In this document: piece by piece, positions 11,495 to 20,812 of the stretch | Position numbering within the stretch: position 1 is the first letter of the stretch | Layout: the number at the start of each line of letters is the position of its first letter | Source of the DNA: Escherichia coli | GTDB lineage: Bacteria > Pseudomonadota > Gammaproteobacteria > Enterobacterales > Enterobacteriaceae | Assembly: GCF_013315695.1 (NCBI RefSeq) | Contig: NZ_CP054353.1 | Direction: 5' to 3' (one strand) | DNA length: 64,000 bases | The notes under the pieces: generated by a model | What the model saw: the letters and a program-made list of their open reading frames with translations, nothing else | Databases searched by the model: none | Told to the model about the DNA's origin: nothing | Made by a program: the position numbers and the translations under genes

Positions 11495-11906
11495 GCATCT
11501 GGACAATAGAGACATTAACGCCATCGTAAATCTAATTCGAGGATGGAAGGAACCAAAACTGTCCTGGTCAGCAATTTGTGAGGCGGCAGAACCATTGGTC
11601 GGAAAGTTGCCGTCAAGACAGTCCCTTAATGCACATGAGGCAATAGTGACTGCCTATCAAACAAAGAAAGAGGCGCTTAAAGGCCGTGGCCCCAAAAATC
11701 CGCGTCCAGCTAGTTTGAACATTGCAGCCGCGAGGATTGTGAATCTTGAAAGCGAAATCGAAGAGCTTAAGGAAGAGAACCGGAGGTACAAACAACAGTT
11801 TGTGATCTGGCAATACAATGCATACAAATATGGAATGACAGAACATCAACTTAATGCGCAGCTGACAAAGATTGACCGTGAGCGCTCTGATGGAGAAAGA
11901 AGATAG
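11481..11906 (+). CDS. Small protein (about 140 aa) coupled to recombinase 3; possible ginD-like accessory factor
   Basis: ORF overlaps the 3' end of recombinase 3 (GTG 11481 or TTG 11487 just after aggagg); C-terminal half has coiled-coil character (LESEIEELKEENRRYKQQ). Function not recognisable. Confidence 0.5.
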   Translation: MALAKHLDNRDINAIVNLIRGWKEPKLSWSAICEAAEPLVGKLPSRQSLNAHEAIVTAYQTKKEALKGRGPKNPRPASLNIAAARIVNLESEIEELKEENRRYKQQFVIWQYNAYKYGMTEHQLNAQLTKIDRERSDGERR

Positions 11907-11981
11907 TTGCTGAGTACGATATCGAGGGTACATTTCTCTGTGTAGGGGTAGTTATTTACAAAAAAATAGGAGAATAATTAA

Positions 11982-14900
11982 ATGGTCAAACCAAACTGGG
12001 ATAACTTTAAAGCTAAATTTAGTGAGAATCCTCAAGGTAATTTTGAGTGGTTTTGCTACTTGTTGTTCTGTCAAGAATTCAAAATGCCCGCAGGTATATT
12101 TAGATATAAGAATCAATCTGGTATCGAAACTAATCCAATAACCAAAGATAATGAAATTATCGGTTGGCAATCTAAATTCTATGACACAAAATTGTCGGAT
12201 AACAAAGCTGATCTTATAGAAATGATTGAGAAAAGCAAAAAGGCTTATCCAGGATTAAGTAAAATCATTTTCTATACTAATCAAGAGTGGGGGCAGGGGA
12301 GAAAGTCCCATGAACCTGAAGGCGATAAGAACGCTGATAATTATTTGGAAACTGTCGGAAATAGTAACGATCCCAAAATAAAAATTGAAGTTGATCAGAA
12401 AGCATATGAGTCGGGTATCGAAATAGTATGGAGAGTTGCTAGTTTTTTTGAATCACCGTTTGTAATAGTTGAGAATGAAAAGATTGCTAAACATTTCTTC
12501 TCCCTTAATGAAAGCATCTTTGATTTATTAGAAGAAAAGCGCAAGCACACAGAAAATGTTTTATATGAAATTCAAACCAATATAGAGTTCAAAGACAGAA
12601 GTATTGAAATTGACAGACGACATTGTATAGAACTTCTACATGAGAATCTAGTTCAGAAAAAAATTGTCATCGTCAGCGGAGAAGGTGGGGTTGGAAAAAC
12701 AGCAGTTATCAAAAAAATTTATGAAGCAGAAAAACAATACACTCCTTTCTATGTCTTTAAGGCTAGCGAGTTTAAAAAGGACAGTATTAATGAGCTATTC
12801 GGTGCGCATGGCTTAGACGATTTCTCTAATGCTCATCAAGACGAATTACGTAAAGTCATAGTCGTAGATTCTGCTGAAAAGCTTTTAGAACTGACCAATA
12901 TCGATCCTTTTAAAGAATTCCTGACTGTTTTAATAAAGGATAAATGGCAGGTTGTTTTCACAACCCGTAACAACTACTTGGCAGATCTGAACTATGCTTT
13001 CATAGATATTTATAATATAACTCCTGGAAACTTAGTAATAAAGAACCTTGAACGCGGCGAGCTAATAGAGTTATCTGATAACAATGGATTTAGCCTTCCT
13101 CAAGATGTTCGATTATTAGAACTAATCAAAAATCCATTTTATCTAAGTGAATATTTGAGGTTCTATACCGGTGAAAGCATCGATTATGTGAGCTTCAAAG
13201 AAAAGCTTTGGAATAAGATTATTGTCAAAAATAAACCTTCTCGGGAGCAGTGTTTCTTAGCGACTGCTTTTCAGCGGGCTAGTGAGGGCCAATTTTTTGT
13301 CTCCCCGGCATGTGATACTGGAATTTTAGATGAGTTAGTTAAAGACGGAATTGTCGGCTATGAAGCTGCTGGTTACTTCATTACACATGATATATACGAG
13401 GAATGGGCATTAGAAAAGAAAATTTCTGTCGATTATATCCGTAAAGCGAACAATAACGAGTTCTTCGAAAAAATAGGAGAATCACTTCCTGTTCGCCGTA
13501 GTTTTCGGAATTGGATATCTGAACGATTGCTTTTAGATGACCAGTCCATAAAGCCTTTTATCGCAGAAATAGTCTGTGGAGAAGGAATATCAAATTTTTG
13601 GAAAGACGAGTTATGGGTAGCTGTCCTTCTTTCCGATAATTCAAGCATATTTTTTAATTACTTTAAAAGATATTTACTTAGTAGTGACCAGAATCTATTA
13701 AAAAGACTTACTTTCTTATTGAGGCTTGCTTGCAAGGACGTTGATTACGATCTGCTTAAACAGTTAGGTGTAAGTAATTCAGATCTGCTTTCCATTAAAT
13801 ATGTTCTTACTAAGCCTAAGGGAACTGGTTGGCAGAGTGTGATCCAATTTATCTATGAAAATTTAGATGAAATAGGGATCAGAAATATTAATTTTATACT
13901 TCCTGTGATTCAGGAGTGGAATCAAAGAAACAAAGTGGGTGAAACGACTCGATTATCTAGTTTGATAGCCCTAAAATATTATCAATGGACTGTAGATGAG
14001 GATGTCTATTTATCCGGAAGGGATAATGAGAAAAATATTCTGCATACGATTCTTCATGGGGCGGCCATGATTAAACCTGAAATGGAAGAGGTTTTAGTTA
14101 AGGTTCTTAAAAATAGGTGGAACGAGCACGGTACCCCATATTTCGACCTTATGACCTTAATCCTTACTGACTTAGATTCATATCCGGTTTGGGCATCTCT
14201 CCCGGAATATGTTCTACAATTGGCAGATCTGTTCTGGTATCGGCCACTTAAAGAAACAGGCGAACGTTATCACAGTATGGATATTGAAGATGAGTTCGGT
14301 CTATTTAGGTCTCATCACGACTATTATCCAGAAAGTCCATATCAGACTCCTATATATTGGTTACTACAATCACAGTTCAAAAAAACAATAGACTTTATTC
14401 TTGATTTTACGAACAAGACAACGATATGTTTTGCCCACTCCCATTTTGCTAAAAACGAAATTGAAGAAGTCGATGTCTTTATTGAAGAAGGAAAGTTTAT
14501 AAAGCAATATATATGCAATCGTCTGTGGTGCTCATATCGAGGAACACAGGTCTCTACCTACTTACTTTCATCAATTCATATGGCATTGGAAAAATTTTTT
14601 CTTGAGAATTTTAAAAATGCAGACTCGAAAGTGTTGGAAAGTTGGCTTCTTTTCTTGTTAAGAAATACCAAGTCAGCTTCTATTTCTGCAGTAGTTACGA
14701 GTATTGTACTTGCATTCCCTGAGAAGACATTCAATGTAGCTAAAGTACTATTCCAAACAAAGGATTTCTTCCGTTTTGATATGAATCGAATGGTTCTAGA
14801 CAGAACACATAAAAGTTCATTAATCTCCCTCAGGGATGGCTTTGGCGGTACAGATTACAGAAACTCTTTGCACGAAGAAGATAGAATTAAAGCTTGCGAT

Positions 14901-16745
14901 GATGTGCATAGAAATACTTATCTTGAAAATCTTGCCTTGCATTATCAAATTTTCAGGAGTGAAAATGTAACGGAGAAAGATGTCATTGAAAGGCAACAAG
15001 TGCTCTGGGGTATTTTCGATAAATACTATAATCAGCTTCCAGATGAAGCTCAAGAAACTGAAGCCGATAAGACGTGGAGGCTCTGCTTGGCAAGAATGGA
15101 TCGGCGAAAGATGAAAATAACTACCAAGGAGAAAGATGAAGGGATTGAGATATCATTCAATCCTGAGATTGACCCTAAACTAAAGCAATATAGTGAGGAA
15201 GCAATAAAGAAAAACTCCGAGCATATGAAGTATGTAACGCTGAAACTATGGGCAAGCTATAAAAGAGAAAAGGATGAACGTTATAAGAATTATGGAATGT
15301 ATGAGGACAATCCGCAAATTGCTTTACAAGAGACCAAAGAAATAATAAAAAAGCTTAATGAGGAAGGGGGTGAAGATTTCAGACTATTAAATGGTAATAT
15401 ACCAGCAGACGTTTGTTCTGTATTACTGTTAGATTACTTTAATCAGTTGAATAATGAAGAGAGAGAATATTGTAAAGATATTGTTCTAGCATATTCTCAA
15501 CTTCCGTTGAAGGAAGGCTATAATTATCAGGTACAAGATGGGACAACCTCGGCAATTTCAGCCTTACCCGTGATTTATCATAATTATCCAATGGAAAGGG
15601 AGACTATAAAAACAATATTACTTTTGACACTGTTTAATGACCACTCTATTGGAATGGCAGGTGGGCGCTACTCAGTATTTCCTAGTATGGTGATTCATAA
15701 ATTATGGCTAGACTATTTTGATGATATGCAGTCTCTATTGTTTGGTTTTTTGATTTTAAAGCCAAAGTATGTAATTCTTTCAAGAAAAATCATTCATGAA
15801 AGTTATCGTCAAGTAGACTATGACATTAAAAAAATAAATATTAATAAGGTGTTTTTAAATAACTATAAGCATTGCATATCAAATGTCATCGATAATAAAA
15901 TATCTATAGATGATTTGGGAAGTATAGATATAGTTGATCTACATATTTTGAACACAGCTTTCCAATTAATTCCAGTTGATACTGTTAATATTGAACATAA
16001 GCAATTGGTTTCCTTAATTGTTAAAAGATTTTCTACAAGCCTATTGTCAAGTGTTCGAGAAGATAGAGTTGATTACGCTCTTCGGCAGTCTTTCTTGGAA
16101 AGATTTGCCTACTTTACGCTTCATGCGCCCGTGAGCGATATTCCCGATTATATAAAACCTTTTCTTGATGGTTTCAACGGTTCAGAGCCTATTTCAGAGT
16201 TATTTAAAAAATTTATTCTCGTCGAAGATAGATTAAATACTTACGCCAAATTTTGGAAGGTTTGGGATTTGTTTTTTGATAAAGTGGTTACTTTGTGCAA
16301 GGATGGAGATAGGTATTGGTATGTAGATAAAATTATAAAAAGTTACCTTTTTGCTGAATCTCCATGGAAAGAAAACTCTAATGGTTGGCACACATTTAAA
16401 GATAGCAATAGTCAATTCTTTTGCGATGTATCTAGGACTATGGGCCATTGCCCTTCAACTTTATATTCTCTTGCCAAATCTTTGAATAACATTGCCAGTT
16501 GCTATCTTAATCAAGGTATAACCTGGCTTTCAGAAATGTTGTCGGTTAATAAAAAGCTATGGGAAAAGAAATTGGAAAATGATACTGTTTATTTTTTAGA
16601 ATGTTTGGTTAGGCGGTATATTAACACTGAGCGTGAGCGAATTAGACGAACCAAACAGTTGAAAGAAGAGGTCTTAGTAATATTGGATTTTTTGGTAGAG
16701 AAAGGATCTGTTGTTGGTTATATGTCACGGGAAAATATTCTGTGA
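11982..16745 (+). CDS. Large STAND-type P-loop NTPase (1587 aa): N-terminal unknown domain (about 1-220), NTPase core (about 225-330), about 1250-aa helical C-terminal region; candidate anti-phage (Avs-like) protein
   Basis: Strong RBS (aggag, 9-nt spacer). Walker A GEGGVGKT (aa 233-240), Walker B VIVVDSAE (aa 292-299), TTR motif in QVVFTTRN (aa 323-330) typical of STAND NTPases. Very AT-rich codon usage; no transmembrane or secretion signals noticed. Confidence 0.8.
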   Translation: MVKPNWDNFKAKFSENPQGNFEWFCYLLFCQEFKMPAGIFRYKNQSGIETNPITKDNEIIGWQSKFYDTKLSDNKADLIEMIEKSKKAYPGLSKIIFYTNQEWGQGRKSHEPEGDKNADNYLETVGNSNDPKIKIEVDQKAYESGIEIVWRVASFFESPFVIVENEKIAKHFFSLNESIFDLLEEKRKHTENVLYEIQTNIEFKDRSIEIDRRHCIELLHENLVQKKIVIVSGEGGVGKTAVIKKIYEAEKQYTPFYVFKASEFKKDSINELFGAHGLDDFSNAHQDELRKVIVVDSAEKLLELTNIDPFKEFLTVLIKDKWQVVFTTRNNYLADLNYAFIDIYNITPGNLVIKNLERGELIELSDNNGFSLPQDVRLLELIKNPFYLSEYLRFYTGESIDYVSFKEKLWNKIIVKNKPSREQCFLATAFQRASEGQFFVSPACDTGILDELVKDGIVGYEAAGYFITHDIYEEWALEKKISVDYIRKANNNEFFEKIGESLPVRRSFRNWISERLLLDDQSIKPFIAEIVCGEGISNFWKDELWVAVLLSDNSSIFFNYFKRYLLSSDQNLLKRLTFLLRLACKDVDYDLLKQLGVSNSDLLSIKYVLTKPKGTGWQSVIQFIYENLDEIGIRNINFILPVIQEWNQRNKVGETTRLSSLIALKYYQWTVDEDVYLSGRDNEKNILHTILHGAAMIKPEMEEVLVKVLKNRWNEHGTPYFDLMTLILTDLDSYPVWASLPEYVLQLADLFWYRPLKETGERYHSMDIEDEFGLFRSHHDYYPESPYQTPIYWLLQSQFKKTIDFILDFTNKTTICFAHSHFAKNEIEEVDVFIEEGKFIKQYICNRLWCSYRGTQVSTYLLSSIHMALEKFFLENFKNADSKVLESWLLFLLRNTKSASISAVVTSIVLAFPEKTFNVAKVLFQTKDFFRFDMNRMVLDRTHKSSLISLRDGFGGTDYRNSLHEEDRIKACDDVHRNTYLENLALHYQIFRSENVTEKDVIERQQVLWGIFDKYYNQLPDEAQETEADKTWRLCLARMDRRKMKITTKEKDEGIEISFNPEIDPKLKQYSEEAIKKNSEHMKYVTLKLWASYKREKDERYKNYGMYEDNPQIALQETKEIIKKLNEEGGEDFRLLNGNIPADVCSVLLLDYFNQLNNEEREYCKDIVLAYSQLPLKEGYNYQVQDGTTSAISALPVIYHNYPMERETIKTILLLTLFNDHSIGMAGGRYSVFPSMVIHKLWLDYFDDMQSLLFGFLILKPKYVILSRKIIHESYRQVDYDIKKININKVFLNNYKHCISNVIDNKISIDDLGSIDIVDLHILNTAFQLIPVDTVNIEHKQLVSLIVKRFSTSLLSSVREDRVDYALRQSFLERFAYFTLHAPVSDIPDYIKPFLDGFNGSEPISELFKKFILVEDRLNTYAKFWKVWDLFFDKVVTLCKDGDRYWYVDKIIKSYLFAESPWKENSNGWHTFKDSNSQFFCDVSRTMGHCPSTLYSLAKSLNNIASCYLNQGITWLSEMLSVNKKLWEKKLENDTVYFLECLVRRYINTERERIRRTKQLKEEVLVILDFLVEKGSVVGYMSRENIL

Positions 16746-16790
16746 TGTAGTTGAAAATAATAATTTTAATGAGAGCTTTTCCAATTTAGG

Positions 16791-16815
16791 CTCCAGGGAT
16801 TGGAGCCTTTTTATT
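16791..16815 (+). terminator. Intrinsic terminator after the large NTPase gene
   Basis: Hairpin ggctccaggg-a-ttggagcc followed by tttttatt. Confidence 0.6.
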
Positions 16816-16840
16816 ATCGAAAAGATTAATATCTTATAAG

Positions 16841-17059
16841 TCAATCAGTAAAACGCAGCAAAGCTCGTTGCTCTTGAATGTTCACTCCGTGATAAATTCT
16901 TTGATTACCACATAAATAACAAGAACAAGCACAAGGGGTGCAGTAAATTTTCCCTACAACTTTTTCAGTTTTAGCCAACGCAATTCGATATGTTTTTCTC
17001 TTAGATTTTAACCGAGATATATGATGACGACGCCATGCCCGATTTCTAACCATTTCCAT
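16841..17059 (-). CDS. Small basic Cys-rich hypothetical protein (72 aa)
   Basis: ORF with GGAG-type RBS; Arg/Lys-rich N-terminus and a CTPCACSCYLCG cysteine cluster (possible zinc ribbon). No family recognised. Confidence 0.3.
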   Translation of the reverse strand: MEMVRNRAWRRHHISRLKSKRKTYRIALAKTEKVVGKIYCTPCACSCYLCGNQRIYHGVNIQEQRALLRFTD

Positions 17060-17283
17060 TCACTCCAATTTTCTACCGCGGTGTTATACCGCGCCCGTAT
17101 CAATCTTTGGAGTTCGATATCGATCTGACCTTTCATGAATACCTCGGAATTTATCAATAAAGTGAGTGCTATATCATAGCTTATGGGATGAAAGTTTGAT
17201 ATTTAGCACTTTTCAGCTTTAGGTAAAGCTGTCCTCAATAAAGCTAATTTCTTGTTTATTAATGGAATTTCTATGTGGAAGTG

Positions 17284-18105
17284 TTAGAAATCCTGTTTTA
17301 CTTTATCCATCGTTAAAACTTTACTTATTATATAAGGATCATAATTTCTTATACTCATAAGGCAATTTATCAAATTGGAAACGTGGCTATCATCAGGTAT
17401 AAGTATATATTTAATATCATCGAAAGAAAAACCAATGCCAAATTCAGAGAATTTTTTACTTAAGACGGCCTTCTGGTTAGGTTCCACCACTCGCTCTAAA
17501 TTTAGGCTAGGCCATAAATCGCCAACAAACGGATGCGGTACATATCTCCATTCTTTTTCGTCAGCGTAGATATAATTCTCAATGGTTTTTTCGTTCGTCC
17601 TTTCTAATTTCCCTTTATAATTTTTCATATAGCGTAATAAATTATAAAGGTCAGCGTACTCTTCTTTAAGGCTTTCAAAATACTTACGCTCTTTATTATC
17701 AAGGATATGCCTTTTCGACCATAGCGGAATTAACGCATCCTTTAGTTTTCTAATTCTTTTATTATACTTTGAAAATAATTCACTGCCTTGATTCATGTAT
17801 AGAACGGGATGGAGATCATTTTTCTCAGCCCATTCTTTTGTTAACCCAAATCCAAATTCACCATATTTTCCACTATGATCTTTAATCTGAGAAAGCTTGA
17901 TGTCACAGAATGAAACCATTGGTACTGCGAAATTTCTTCTTCCTTTTACTCCGACTATGCGTTCACGGGCAAGAAATGGTTTAAAATAGAGTTCTGTTAA
18001 AATGCTATAGAATGCCTCTTCATTTTTAGTAAAGTGAAACAACGTTGTTGGATGTAAACTATTAACTGCTTGTATAACTGTTTCTTGGTTTTCTATAGCA
18101 CTCAT
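17284..18105 (-). CDS. AbiGi-like abortive-infection family protein (273 aa)
   Basis: N-terminal LFHFTKNEEAFYSILTE... resembles, by recall, the FHFT-type N-terminus of AbiGi-family proteins; AT-rich; convergent with the NTPase gene. Confidence 0.55.
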   Translation of the reverse strand: MSAIENQETVIQAVNSLHPTTLFHFTKNEEAFYSILTELYFKPFLARERIVGVKGRRNFAVPMVSFCDIKLSQIKDHSGKYGEFGFGLTKEWAEKNDLHPVLYMNQGSELFSKYNKRIRKLKDALIPLWSKRHILDNKERKYFESLKEEYADLYNLLRYMKNYKGKLERTNEKTIENYIYADEKEWRYVPHPFVGDLWPSLNLERVVEPNQKAVLSKKFSEFGIGFSFDDIKYILIPDDSHVSNLINCLMSIRNYDPYIISKVLTMDKVKQDF

Positions 18106-18483
18106 ATATTAACTGTTCCATAGTGTAAAACCTGACTTAGCAAAGGTTATCATACTAGTCTTTGTACTGTAAGCACACTTGGTTTAATTCCACGCACTTT
18201 TTGAGATTTCCGGTTTTTTGATCTCTTACCAAAATCTATGCCAGATTGAATCAAAGGTCCGAGCTGGGTCACCAAAAAAAGTAAAATTATGCACTTTGAT
18301 AGATTATATTTTAACTAAATTCTTTACAGTTAAATCATTTCTTATGCCTTAGTTTCTGATAAAAAAGGTTTTTTTTCACGATTTATAAGTATCAGGTTAT
18401 GTGAACCGTTCTGATTTGTCGTTAAAACAATAGGTTATATTGTTTTAAGGTGGATGATTAAAGCATCTGCCAGCCATAAAAAA

Positions 18484-18506
18484 GAAGCCTCCGTTTTGGA
18501 GGCTTC
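18484..18506 (-). terminator. Terminator downstream of yjcB (backbone)
   Basis: Hairpin gaagcctccg-ttt-tggaggcttc with an A-run on the plus strand (U-run on the minus strand), immediately after the yjcB stop. Confidence 0.5.
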
Positions 18507-18512
18507 TACATA

Positions 18513-18794
18513 TCAAGTCAAAATCATTGGCCATTGTGGCGGTGTCTGATTCATCTCTTCTATCATCACCGACTCGATGTTGTGCCAGATGGCGGTGATA
18601 TCCGCCATTGTGATGCCAAGCAACCCCATTGCGAACCAGCAGGCAGAAACCACGCCCAGACCGCTGCTGATCACTGCAAGCCCGACATAATCAGACCGAC
18701 GAAAACGGATGTTGAGTGTGCTGGCCAGAAACATCATTACGGCACTAAGAAGTTGCCAGCGAAGAAGAACCACGCCAGTGGTGAGGGTAGCCAT
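18513..18794 (-). CDS. yjcB: Small inner-membrane protein YjcB (93 aa)
   Basis: Hydrophobic ORF MATLTTGVVLLRWQLL...; position after ssb as in K-12. The ORF track extends to 18893, but a 93-aa product starting at the internal Met is expected. Confidence 0.8.
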   Translation of the reverse strand: MATLTTGVVLLRWQLLSAVMMFLASTLNIRFRRSDYVGLAVISSGLGVVSACWFAMGLLGITMADITAIWHNIESVMIEEMNQTPPQWPMILT

Positions 18795-19223
18795 CAAACA
18801 ATTCCTCTGAAAAGAGCCGATGCCTCGGACAGCGCGGCGTTGTTCACGGGAGGCGTGATACAATCTGGCTATCGCGGGGCTTGCAGAACACAAAAAAGAA
18901 ACACTCTGTTTGTTTCATTAATTTTGTGAACTATATCACAATTGATTGTTTGTTAGCCAGATTAGGCCGTGACTTTTATTGCCGTACAGATTATGTGTTT
19001 TTTCAGCGGCATTAAGGGTATATCTTCCCACCGCCTCTGCATTCCTGTAGGAAATTAGTTTTGAATATCAATGAATTATTTTTATTCAGGTGACGATTAA
19101 AAAGGTATCAATTTCAAATCAGGCAAAAGTGCTATTTATACCGTAAGATTTATCTAAAGACGTCGATAACCAGGGTTCTCGCCTTGCAATGACCGGGTAT
19201 AAACAAGCAGGAAATTGATAGCA

Positions 19224-20810
19224 ATGAGTCATCGTGCACGACACCAATTACTGGCGTTGCCGGGCATTATCTTTTTAGTTCTCTTTCCCATCATTCTGTC
19301 GCTATGGATTGCCTTCTTTTGGGCAAAATCAGAAGTGAATAATCAGCTCCGAACCTTTGCTCAGCTGGCGTTGGATAAATCTGAGCTGGTCATTCGTCAG
19401 GCAGATTTAGTGAGCGATGCAGCTGAACGCTATCAGGGGCAAGTTTGCACCCCAGCCCATCAAAAGCGAATGTTGAATATTATTCGTGGCTATCTTTATA
19501 TTAATGAATTGATCTATGCCCGTGATAACCATTTTTTATGCTCATCGCTGATAGCGCCTGTAAACGGCTATACGATTGCACCGGCCGATTATAAGCGTGA
19601 ACCTAACGTTTCTATCTATTATTACCGCGATACGCCTTTTTTCTCTGGCTATAAAATGACCTATATGCAGCGGGGAAATTATGTGGCGGTCATCAACCCT
19701 CTCTTCTGGAGTGAAGTGATGTCTGATGATCCGACATTGCAATGGGGTGTATATGATACGGTAACGAAAACCTTTTTCTCGTTAAGCAACGAGGCCTCGG
19801 CAGCAACGTTTTCTCCACTGATTCATTTGAAGGATTTAACTGTACAAAGAAATGGCTATTTATATGCGACAGTTTATTCGACAAAACGCCCAATTGCGGC
19901 CATTGTTGCGACTTCATATCAACGTCTTATAGCGCATTTTTATAATCATCTTATTTTTGCGTTACCCGCCGGTATTTTGGGGAGTCTTGTTCTGCTATTA
20001 CTCTGGCTACGTATTCGACAAAACTATTTGTCTCCCAAACGCAAATTGCAACGCGCCCTCGAAAAACATCAACTTTGCCTTTATTACCAGCCAATAATCA
20101 ATATCAAAACAGAAAAATGTATCGGGGCTGAAGCATTGTTACGTTGGCCTGGTGAGCAGGGGCAAGTAATGAATCCGGCAGAGTTTATTCCGCTGGCAGA
20201 AAAGGAGGGGATGATCGGACAGGTAACTGATTATGTTATTGATAATGTCTTCCGCGATCTGGGCGCATACCTGGCAACACATGCCGATCGCTATGTTTCT
20301 ATTAACCTGTCGGCCTCCGATTTTCATACGTCACGGTTGATAGCGCGAACCAATCAGAAAACAGAGCAATACGCGGTGCGTCCACAGCAAATTAAATTTG
20401 AAGTGACTGAACATGCATTTCTTGATGTCGACAAAATGACACCAATTATTCTGGCTTTCCGCCAGGCTGGTTACGAAGTGGCAATTGATGATTTTGGTAT
20501 TGGCTACTCTAACTTGCATAACCTTAAATCATTGAATGTCGATATTTTGAAAATCGATAAATCGTTTGTTGAGACGCTGACCACCCATAAAACCAGTCAT
20601 TTGATTGCGGAACACATCATCGAGCTGGCGCACAGTCTGGGGTTAAAAACGATCGCTGAAGGCGTCGAAACTGAGGAACAGGTTAACTGGCTGCGCAAAC
20701 GCGGCGTGCGCTATTGCCAGGGATGGTTCTTTGCGAAGGCGATGCCGCCGCAGGTGTTTATGCAATGGATGGAGCAATTACCCGCGCGGGAGTTAACGCG
20801 CGGGCAATAA
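19224..20810 (+). CDS. pdeC: Cyclic-di-GMP phosphodiesterase (N-terminal membrane/periplasmic sensor domain plus C-terminal EAL domain)
   Basis: EAL-domain hallmarks ([31 protein letters not shown]) seen in translation; two TM segments flank a periplasmic domain. Confidence 0.9.
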
Positions 20811-20812
20811 AA

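Larger units (their letters stand above)
6598..18370. mobile_element. Genomic island of about 11.8 kb between ssb and yjcB: triple tyrosine-recombinase module (GInt/RIT-like) plus AT-rich defence-like cargo; boundaries approximate (about +/-40 bp)
   Basis: ssb and yjcB are near-neighbours in K-12 (recall); here they are 12 kb apart. The interval encodes three tandem tyrosine recombinases and non-backbone cargo with an abrupt drop in GC. Short similar sequences (aaaaag; tttttcac..ataa(a)gt) occur near both ends. Confidence 0.7.

Noticed and set aside
6598-18370. Interpretation of the island as a prophage
   Set aside because: No capsid, tail, terminase, portal or lysis genes are present; only recombinases and cargo. 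It is an integrative island, not a phage.
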